The notes beneath the pieces were generated by a model. It searched no databases, was not told the origin of the DNA, and saw only the letters and a list, made by a program, of their open reading frames with translations. Positions 53,091 to 59,899 of a stretch of 59,899 nt of DNA are shown here, one piece after another; positions within the stretch are counted from its first letter, which is position 1, and each line of letters begins with the position of its first letter. The DNA is taken from the NCBI GenBank assembly GCA_963968475.1, contig CAXAHE010000001.1, forward strand, positions 1-59,899, given 5' to 3'. This stretch comes from an uncultured Candidatus Poseidoniales archaeon. Its GTDB lineage: Archaea; Thermoplasmatota; Poseidoniia; Poseidoniales; Poseidoniaceae. A program made the translations under genes and the position numbers.

Positions 53091-55103
53091 AGTCCAAATG
53101 GATGCTTTACCAACAAAGGATTCTGCTAGTTTCTGAGCAGCCTTTCTTCTCTTCCCTTCACGAAGTATGATTACTGCACCCAAGAGTATGCAGGTGATTG
53201 CCACAATGGTAGAATAAGGAATAATTCCATTTGCTTGTCGCAGTGCCTCAAATTCAGGTGAATCATTTTCATTAAATTGTGATGAATAGGATACTTGTAA
53301 ATCCAATAAGTCGAGAGCGCAATCACACAAAGATACAGTGATCCGATCAGGGTATATGGAGTTTTGAAGGCGTTTCCATTTTGAATCTTCAATGTCCACG
53401 GGTCGAGTTGCCCATGTTGGAGAGTTAACTGAGCCGTACGACGAGGTATCCACCATCATCGTGTCAATGCGGTGAATCGAAGATGTTGGTTCTTCATCGA
53501 CAACCAACAAAGCTTCGAGGATCATTATGTCGAGCAAAAGCGCCCGTGTTGCAATAATCGAAAATTGAACAATATGCTCATCCAATCCTTCTCCCATCGT
53601 CCCCTGTCTTGCTTCATAGATCTGATTGAAAATCAATCGGTCAAGACGTATTTCATCAAAGTCAGAAACAATGAGTTGCCACTTTCCATCTTGTCTTTCA
53701 TACGCCTCATCGATCTCCAGCCGTAACCGAAGTTGTTCACCATCTCGTATACCCCACGTCGCACCAACGTGTTCGATCATGGTGGTTTGTGGTGTTGCTG
53801 GACTGGAAACATCCCATAATTGCTGTATTCGTTCCTCCAAGAGTTGGTCAAACGTCCATTCTTCATCGCCTTGAACTTCATCAGCCATCGCCCAAAGAGG
53901 ACTGACGACTCCGCTCATCAACAACACGAAACAGATCGGTAGAAAGATCCCAAATCGCGTCATATCAGATGTAGACTTCCTTCTGATATCCATGGAAAAA
54001 AAGATGAGAGCAATTATCGATGGCAATAATATGAGTCCACTATGCGGTTCAAGTTGGGATTCCACTCCTGTCGTGAAATCGAAGTAATTGGCTCCATATA
54101 CCACCTTTCCATTGAATTCCGAAGCATCGGTAGGCCCTGAACTTTCAACAGCATACAAGCCACTCCAAACATAGGGTTGGTAACGATCATTCTGTCCCTT
54201 GAGGCAAAAGACGTAATCTCCTGGGTCAAGTGCTCTCCATCGGTATGTTGTTAACACCATATCATCTTCTGATTTAGTCACGACTTCTGGTGTTGCAACT
54301 TGCAGCCCATTGCTTGTCCGAAGTCGATGAACGCCGTTACTTTGTTGTAATTCCAAAGGTACATCTTCCCACTGAATCAGAATTCGGAGAATCTCATGTT
54401 CTTGAATATTGAACGACCAACAATCATCTTCAATGCCAACCAATGCTCCTCGATGGACTTCATCGAAATCAGTTGGCTTAGGTTGTAGAGCACTTGTAGG
54501 TTCATCCACATCTTTTGCAGCGATGTTATCGGACCATGTGATGTCGAGTTCCATGTAAGATGCTTCACGTAGATGAAATTCCCACGTCGATGGTCTGTCA
54601 AGCGTAAATGTAACTCGAATACGAACCGTTTCTTCTGGCCACAACAGGCGACCTTGATCGAGATTGAGTGGTTCGTCTGTCCAACGATACGGTTCAGCAT
54701 TTGTGCCGGGGCTTGTGGCTGCATCCGCTTCAAGATTTGTCACGCTAGAACCGATTATCACTCGAACATCCATTTCTGGACGATAGAGTCCCAAAATATC
54801 GCCTTGCACTCGAAGGTCTATCACAAGATCATCGATTGTATCTGGTAAGAGTGCTAATTCAGTTTGTTCCGGGAACATATCAAATTCGAGAGCCACAGTC
54901 TCAGTCGAAACAGGGTTGGCTTGCACACTTCCAGTAATGGTTTCTTCACCCGTTGCCACGGGTGTGAGTAAGCATTCATCATCGGAAACACAAGAGAAAA
55001 ACAATGTCCCTCCAGTTGCGTTGTCTGTAAGTGAGGCTTGACCAGGAGGAATTATTGAGAGTAAAAGAATCACGATGATGAAGCGATGTATATTCGACTC
55101 CAT
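53073..55103 (-). CDS. Large surface/membrane protein (signal peptide, ectodomains, internal and C-terminal TM helices)
   Basis: 676 aa. The signal peptide is MESNIHRFIIVILLLSIIPPGQAS. Mid-protein TM helices are present (LILLPSIIALIFFSM, FGIFLPICFVLLMSGVV). There is a C-terminal TM plus basic tail (REGKRRK). Confidence 0.6.
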   Translation of the reverse strand: MESNIHRFIIVILLLSIIPPGQASLTDNATGGTLFFSCVSDDECLLTPVATGEETITGSVQANPVSTETVALEFDMFPEQTELALLPDTIDDLVIDLRVQGDILGLYRPEMDVRVIIGSSVTNLEADAATSPGTNAEPYRWTDEPLNLDQGRLLWPEETVRIRVTFTLDRPSTWEFHLREASYMELDITWSDNIAAKDVDEPTSALQPKPTDFDEVHRGALVGIEDDCWSFNIQEHEILRILIQWEDVPLELQQSNGVHRLRTSNGLQVATPEVVTKSEDDMVLTTYRWRALDPGDYVFCLKGQNDRYQPYVWSGLYAVESSGPTDASEFNGKVVYGANYFDFTTGVESQLEPHSGLILLPSIIALIFFSMDIRRKSTSDMTRFGIFLPICFVLLMSGVVSPLWAMADEVQGDEEWTFDQLLEERIQQLWDVSSPATPQTTMIEHVGATWGIRDGEQLRLRLEIDEAYERQDGKWQLIVSDFDEIRLDRLIFNQIYEARQGTMGEGLDEHIVQFSIIATRALLLDIMILEALLVVDEEPTSSIHRIDTMMVDTSSYGSVNSPTWATRPVDIEDSKWKRLQNSIYPDRITVSLCDCALDLLDLQVSYSSQFNENDSPEFEALRQANGIIPYSTIVAITCILLGAVIILREGKRRKAAQKLAESFVGKASIWTSFFTV

Positions 55104-55139
55104 GTTCCCACACTCAAAGTCTGCTATTCAATAAATTGT

Positions 55140-55682
55140 TTAGATTGTTTCGCCTACGTTTTCAATATCAACGAGAACTGTTGAACATGTACGGCATTTG
55201 TATCTCCCGTTACTGCGTTTCTTGCGTGGATATTGATTTGTGCAGGTCGTGCATGTCCAAAGCCAATCTGCAGAGAGTCGTCTCAGATGCTGTGTAAACG
55301 CCTTGCCTTGAGTTGCTCCTTCATGGGGCCATAGGGATTCTACTCGGCGAAAAGCTGCATTATGATATCTCATGCCTAAGACATGAAGGAATTCATGATA
55401 CAAAACAAACCGAGCATAGTCCAACCATTCCTCTGTTAACAAATAGGGATGTAAATCCACAGTTTCAACATCTTCAAAGTGGAGTGTTTCCGTAGTTCTT
55501 CCCCGTTTAAACCGAGTCACACCATGGCGTTGTGTTGCGTTTCTTCGAAGGACTGCGAGTTGAACAAGATGTAGATTTTTTAATTCATCTTCATGCCAGA
55601 CGTCCATATGATTCATCGTAAGTAGAACTTCTATGCGAAGGTCTTCCAAAGACGATACTTGAATTGAAGAAGGTTTAGCCAT
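55140..55682 (-). CDS. SprT-like zinc metalloprotease with C-terminal zinc ribbon
   Basis: VLYHEFLHVLGMRYHNAAF is an HExxH..H motif. WTCTTCTNQYPRKKRSNGRYKCRTCSTVL is a CxxC..CxxC ribbon. This arrangement matches SprT/Wss1-like or DUF45-like proteases. Confidence 0.55.
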   Translation of the reverse strand: MAKPSSIQVSSLEDLRIEVLLTMNHMDVWHEDELKNLHLVQLAVLRRNATQRHGVTRFKRGRTTETLHFEDVETVDLHPYLLTEEWLDYARFVLYHEFLHVLGMRYHNAAFRRVESLWPHEGATQGKAFTQHLRRLSADWLWTCTTCTNQYPRKKRSNGRYKCRTCSTVLVDIENVGETI

Positions 55683-55691
55683 ATTTTGGCC

Positions 55692-56156
55692 TCAATTCCA
55701 ACGATGGTATGCAGGATGTCCTTCCTTTACTGCTACAAAGAGGCCTTTACCAGTTGCACAAACCATCTCTCCTGCTTTCAATTCCATACGAATGTTCACA
55801 CGATCTTCGCTTATTTCTTCAGCAAATGCTGTGATGACGAGTTCAGTATCCATTGGTGTTGGCCGTCTCAACGAAATCGAATAGGATGCCGTGACTGTGC
55901 ATGGAGGTTCATCGAGATTCTGTTCATCCATCAAAGCAATTGCTGCAGCCCAATTCCCATGGCAATCCATCAGTGTACCGATGATGCCGCCATTGACCAT
56001 GCCTGGAAACGCTTGATGCTCTTCTGAAGGAGTAAACTTCATTTCTAAACCTTGTTCGGTTCTGTAGGAGTTAATCTGTAAGCCATGTTCATTCGCAGGT
56101 CCGCATCCAAAGCAGATTGAACTCGCAGCATACTGCCGTTGAACGCCATTGTCCAT
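55692..56156 (-). CDS. PaaI-family hotdog-fold thioesterase
   Basis: 154 aa. CFGCGPANEHGLQI..GMVNGGIIGTLMD is typical of PaaI/4HBT-like thioesterases. Confidence 0.75.
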   Translation of the reverse strand: MDNGVQRQYAASSICFGCGPANEHGLQINSYRTEQGLEMKFTPSEEHQAFPGMVNGGIIGTLMDCHGNWAAAIALMDEQNLDEPPCTVTASYSISLRRPTPMDTELVITAFAEEISEDRVNIRMELKAGEMVCATGKGLFVAVKEGHPAYHRWN

Positions 56157-56238
56157 GCTCTGACTCCGTGAAGTCAGCCCTTAGACTCTCGCTTTGAGAA
56201 TCAAGAGTAGAGCTTACGCTCAACTGGTTCCGATGTCC

Positions 56239-56259
56239 AAGGCCATCGGAGGCCTTTTT
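56239..56259 (+). terminator. Intrinsic-terminator-like hairpin AAGGCC-ATCGGA-GGCCTT followed by a T run (plus-strand orientation)
   Basis: A 6-bp GC-rich stem lies at 56239-56244 / 56251-56256. Five consecutive T run through 56259. It sits 14 nt beyond the stop of the minus-strand ORF 56274..56597. Confidence 0.3.
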
Positions 56260-56273
56260 GTAACAAAGAGGAT

Positions 56274-56597
56274 TTATCTTCCGATACGGGATTCAATAAA
56301 CTGCACAAAATGAGACATGTGTTTAGCATGCTTTGCGACGAACCTTTCTGGTAATCTGTTAACGATTGAACCATGAATTGTGTGGAGATTTCTCCCGATC
56401 CAGAATCTTTGAAGTTCTCCATCCATACTTAGATTCTTTGAATCTACAGCAAATGAATTTGGACAACATGGTTTGTTCGTTTTGTTACTCCGGGATTGAG
56501 TCTTAACCTGTATTCCCTTAGTTCCGTCATAGCTCATCTGGCTATTACGTCTCCCTGTACGTTTTTTCCTTCCTTTGTTTTTCTTGTTACTACTCAT
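56274..56597 (-). CDS. Hypothetical small protein with highly basic N-terminus
   Basis: 107 aa, starting MSSNKKNKGRKKRTGRR... It lies in an AT-rich stretch. An overlapping alternative-frame ORF (56201..56422) leaves open a frameshifted or decaying gene. Confidence 0.35.
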   Translation of the reverse strand: MSSNKKNKGRKKRTGRRNSQMSYDGTKGIQVKTQSRSNKTNKPCCPNSFAVDSKNLSMDGELQRFWIGRNLHTIHGSIVNRLPERFVAKHAKHMSHFVQFIESRIGR

Positions 56598-56760
56598 AAT
56601 CTTCCTTCCAATTTACCTGCTCAGAAACGTCTTGCGTTCCCGCCAAAGCGTAGACTGCTTCGGGTAAATTTGGTCGATTATTGGTACATAGGATTCCCAT
56701 ACACAATTCGTGCATTATATTCTTGATTTCAGAGTTTATAAAGGTATTGTTACTTGTAAT

Positions 56761-57678
56761 TCAGCACATGAGGGACATCTGTTCCCCTTTGGCTTCCTCA
56801 AGTCTATTTTTGGCAGGGCATAAAAAACGGATGCTGCAATGCATGCATGTCCGAGATGAATCTGCAAATGGAACCCGTTCAAGGTTGTTTTTTGATCCAA
56901 CCAGTTTAAGAATTCTCTCCATCTCCTGCGAATCAAGAAGAATCAAACGGCGTATGGATTTTTTTTCGTTTGTACTTACATTTGTCTTATGGATGAACCA
57001 TTTCCCATTCTTCCATGAGTATTGTATAACCGTCGCATTCTCTGTTCCTAATGAAAAAAGAGCAGCATTTTGATTGATTTGATCGATTGAAGAATATCCA
57101 AATAGGTTGATTCGAATCAAAAATGAATGTTCGCCTTTTTCTGCAGAAAAGTCTGATGAGTTGTAGACTCTTACTCCATCAATACGTTTTGATCTCGTAG
57201 CTGGTATTGACTTGAGGACCATTGTATTGAGCAGATGGATAAAGGATTCATCTTCAATCAATTTAATGCATCTTTCTGCCCCAATCTCTTCAAGATGCTT
57301 TTCTGGTTTCACTCGACGAAACACAGAATCCTGTTCTTTCCATTCCTTGAGTTGAGTAATTATTGAATTTCTATCTCCTATGCGATATTGGAATACTTGA
57401 TTGAATTTTAGTCGAACCAAGTTCATAGACCATTTCATTCCCATCTGATAATCTTCGACATAATCGCGAATCGTTTCACGAATACTCATTTGCATAAGAA
57501 TCCAAGGCGTTTGAATTGCAAATGAATTCTTTAACAATTGTCCAGTAGGGTGGTTTGTTGCATAGGCTGCAATTCCATAGCGTAGGACAAAGGCTCTCGG
57601 GCATCGTTGCATTAGGTTGACTCGAGTTCTTGACCACGTTCTTTGGATTGGATGCATAAGTGAAGAATATTCCTTCAA
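56761..57678 (-). CDS. Cas4-like PD-(D/E)XK superfamily protein, catalytic core apparently degenerate
   Basis: 305 aa. The N-terminal SRTRVNLMQRCPRAFVLRY and C-terminal CMHCSIRFLC (CX2CX5C) give the 1+3 cysteine pattern of Fe-S Cas4-type nucleases. I cannot find a clean D..(D/E)xK. Hand-counted G+C is about 36-37% in two 100-nt samples. Confidence 0.45.
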   Translation of the reverse strand: MKEYSSLMHPIQRTWSRTRVNLMQRCPRAFVLRYGIAAYATNHPTGQLLKNSFAIQTPWILMQMSIRETIRDYVEDYQMGMKWSMNLVRLKFNQVFQYRIGDRNSIITQLKEWKEQDSVFRRVKPEKHLEEIGAERCIKLIEDESFIHLLNTMVLKSIPATRSKRIDGVRVYNSSDFSAEKGEHSFLIRINLFGYSSIDQINQNAALFSLGTENATVIQYSWKNGKWFIHKTNVSTNEKKSIRRLILLDSQEMERILKLVGSKNNLERVPFADSSRTCMHCSIRFLCPAKNRLEEAKGEQMSLMC

Positions 57679-57695
57679 CCGACATTAAGCCTTCT

Positions 57696-59899
57696 CTACA
57701 ATACGCCAATTGAAAAGAGGGCTAATATTGAGTTCGCTGTAACCCACAGGCTGATTGGAATCAGTACTAACCCCATGAATCGTGCAAAGGATTCGGCTCC
57801 AAATTTGCCAAAGAGGTTGGAAATCGGCCCGCCCCAAGAAGCAATAATTCTCAGAATCAGAACTGTAAGCCCTGATACGAGGATGTGTCCCAAAAGAATG
57901 AGAACAGCAAAGAGAATGGAGATTCCACCATCTAATGCTGTTGCGCCTACGCCTTGTGCAATTAGAGCAGGGTCAGCAAGCCAAGAGAACCACCCGATGA
58001 AGACGCCGAGGAACACATCACGCTGCATATCTTCTTTTGGCCTCCATTCTTGGAATGATTTGTTTGTTAAACCATGGAGCATGGATCCGAGTAACTTTGC
58101 TTCTATTGGCGTACCAGTTCGGTAAGTGACGACACACATTTGAACAAACCAAAGGAACATTACTACGTGAAGTAAATGGGTGAAATATGCGCCAATTGGC
58201 AACAAACTTGCCAAAAGTGCAGGGAGGTGTACCATCAAGACACCACATCCTCCAGCCAATGCGATACTAGCCCATAATGCGCCAGGTGGAAGAGGTTCCT
58301 CTGGTTTTGTCCAACCTTGACGAGGCAATGCCAGGAATATGAGGAATAAGCCTGCCGGAATCAAGATGGAAAAGTATGTTCCTAGACTGGTTGGTCCACC
58401 TGTTCCTATGCCATCGATTGCATCATTCATTGCCTTTGAACCAGCGGTTGGTGTCTCGCTCCATGTGACATGCATCGTTTTGTCAACGATTAAAATCGAA
58501 TCAGCGTTACCAGTCGGTGAAGAACTCACTAATTCATTATTATAATCCAGAACAATTAGCCAACTTCCGTTTAATTGAGATCTATAAGCGAGTACATCGC
58601 TCAATAATGAGTTGTCACCTGTAACTACTTGAACCACCGAAATATCATCTCTTTGCCCAAGTAGGAGGGCGAACTCATTTGCTTGATCTTGAGCAGATTC
58701 AGAGCCGGGTGCAATTGCTCCTATGACAAGAGCATTTGAATCACCCATCAATTCAGAAAGCGTCGTGAATTCAGTTCCATCTATCTTGAATTCAGCATCG
58801 AGAAGAAGAGTGTTTTCATCGATTATCGCTTCATCACTCAGATTTGTTTGAGCAAAACCAAGAGGGAGCATGAGTAACATCATTACGAAAAGAGCTCCAA
58901 TGATTGGTAGTGGTAGGGGTGGCTCTGAATTGAAGCCCTTGTACACCAAGCCGATGAAGCAGAAAATGGTCGTCAACGTTAGCCAAATTCCTGCAGTAGC
59001 AAATCCTTCGTTATCAGGTTCCACCTCGAACCGGATGATTCCAAATGCATGACAATCGACGTTCGGATTGCCACTTGTGGTTTCTACGCATATTTCCAAA
59101 TTTGAAGACCCAGTAAACAACTGTTCTTTTCCTGTCCATATCCATGCCGTCTCGTTATTTCCAAGATTACGTTCCATACGAATACGGCCGATTGAATTTT
59201 CCATTACAGTATCTCGATCTTTATTCGTTTTTTCATCGGAATCTAAAGGGCCTCGAAGGACCCATGAAACCTCACGGTTTCCGTTACCGTCAATGAGCAC
59301 ATCATTTTCCCCCCAAGGTAATTTCGGAAGAAATTCGATGTGAGCACGTTTCGAAGAATCGATTCGTATACTCGCTTCTGGTTCGTATACCTTGCCAGTC
59401 ATGATAATTCCGCCAGCATTCGTTTCAAATCCGCCCCACTGAATTCGGGCAATAGTTCCTTCACAGAGGTGTTCTGCGCTGAGGCTAATTCCAAATGTAT
59501 CTCCTGGTGAGAGGTCAATTTCTAACGGTTGAATTTCTCCTGAAAAATTTTGAGGATTATTCGATGCGATTGTGTCCATCGTATGAGTGATAATTGTTTC
59601 ATAGACCTGGGAACCTGATATACTTACAGTCATTATAAGGGTTGTAAAGTCATCCCCTGGGGTGAATGGATTAGAAATCTGGGTGCATTGTGTGGATTGA
59701 GCCAGACCGGCTTGTGGAACTAAGTAAGCGCTGAAGAAGGTGGAGATGTTAATCGCCCCACTGATTGGATTTATGAGTGGCTCAGAGGTCAGAGAAAAAA
59801 TCTGGTTTAATCCACTATTCGGGGTGACATCGGCAAATGCAAGTGTAGCATCAGGTCTTGCTCTTTGCAGTACTGACGTTTCAGCGTTTTCACCTTCAA
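57696..59899 (-). CDS. Very large polytopic membrane protein with N-terminal ectodomain; 5' end lies beyond the window edge
   Basis: The track ORF starts at the ATG at 59633. I translated the same frame upstream (..EGENAETSVLQRARPDATLAFADVTPNSG..DDFTTLIMTVSIS..) and found no stop up to 59899. The gene therefore most likely begins outside the window. The C-terminal half has at least 8 hydrophobic helices. Confidence 0.6.
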   Translation of the reverse strand, partial: EGENAETSVLQRARPDATLAFADVTPNSGLNQIFSLTSEPLINPISGAINISTFFSAYLVPQAGLAQSTQCTQISNPFTPGDDFTTLIMTVSISGSQVYETIITHTMDTIASNNPQNFSGEIQPLEIDLSPGDTFGISLSAEHLCEGTIARIQWGGFETNAGGIIMTGKVYEPEASIRIDSSKRAHIEFLPKLPWGENDVLIDGNGNREVSWVLRGPLDSDEKTNKDRDTVMENSIGRIRMERNLGNNETAWIWTGKEQLFTGSSNLEICVETTSGNPNVDCHAFGIIRFEVEPDNEGFATAGIWLTLTTIFCFIGLVYKGFNSEPPLPLPIIGALFVMMLLMLPLGFAQTNLSDEAIIDENTLLLDAEFKIDGTEFTTLSELMGDSNALVIGAIAPGSESAQDQANEFALLLGQRDDISVVQVVTGDNSLLSDVLAYRSQLNGSWLIVLDYNNELVSSSPTGNADSILIVDKTMHVTWSETPTAGSKAMNDAIDGIGTGGPTSLGTYFSILIPAGLFLIFLALPRQGWTKPEEPLPPGALWASIALAGGCGVLMVHLPALLASLLPIGAYFTHLLHVVMFLWFVQMCVVTYRTGTPIEAKLLGSMLHGLTNKSFQEWRPKEDMQRDVFLGVFIGWFSWLADPALIAQGVGATALDGGISILFAVLILLGHILVSGLTVLILRIIASWGGPISNLFGKFGAESFARFMGLVLIPISLWVTANSILALFSIGVL

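Noticed and set aside
56201-56422. ORF 56201..56422(-) as a separate gene or proof of a frameshifted pseudogene
   Set aside because: It overlaps 56274..56597 in another frame. Without homologues I cannot tell whether either is real or whether they are halves of one decayed gene. I reported only the longer one, at low confidence.
58560-58900. A thioredoxin/TlpA-like fold in the soluble mid-segment of the 57696 gene product (..ALVIGAIAPGSESAQDQ..)
   Set aside because: The spacing is reminiscent of redoxins, but the CxxC position reads PGSE and the resemblance is too weak to call without a profile search.

Overview
This is a very gene-dense archaeal chromosomal segment. I count about 57 protein genes and one tRNA-Ser. 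I recognised no rRNA, CRISPR array, transposase or integrase.

Archaeal identity rests on eL37, eL42 (L44e), eS27, uL16 (L10e), aIF2-alpha, Nop10, ABCE1, RPA plus an RPA-associated protein, Hel308, archaeal-type TyrRS, a class-III-signal-peptide pilin, GGPP synthase and geranylgeranyl reductase. These sit alongside bacterial-type MutS/MutL, ETF with glutaryl-CoA dehydrogenase, TldD/PmbA and several large surface proteins. That mix fits a heterotrophic planktonic euryarchaeon (Thermoplasmatota or Marine-Group-II-like), but this is inference only; no search was possible.

Manual reading adds four things the ORF track misses:
- two ribosomal protein genes below its 60-aa cutoff (eL37 at 14724-14903, eS27 at 16645-16815);
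- a 435-codon minus-strand gene running off the left edge (1-1306);
- a right-edge gene whose frame stays open to 59899;
- the tRNA.

The best candidate for an undescribed system is at 19015-22642. Two tandem, clearly paralogous Cas4/AddB/Exo5-type Fe-S PD-(D/E)XK nucleases each carry two OB-fold-like modules. No helicase or cas context is present, and they follow uL16 and ABCE1 on the same strand.

Other notable items:
- a stand-alone MCM N-terminal (Zn/OB) domain protein;
- a minimal Tad/Epd-like type IV filament module (ATPase plus a split platform) co-directional and tightly packed with rpa-rpap;
- an AT-rich islet with a third, apparently degenerate Cas4-like protein;
- a zinc-ribbon protein with a tail encoded by near-perfect 27-bp tandem repeats;
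- an eL42 lacking three of its four zinc cysteines;
- a GC hairpin that pairs the aIF2-alpha Shine-Dalgarno sequence;
- an unusual number of convergent gene pairs with zero or negative spacing.

All functional calls come from motif recognition by eye and need HMM or structure confirmation.
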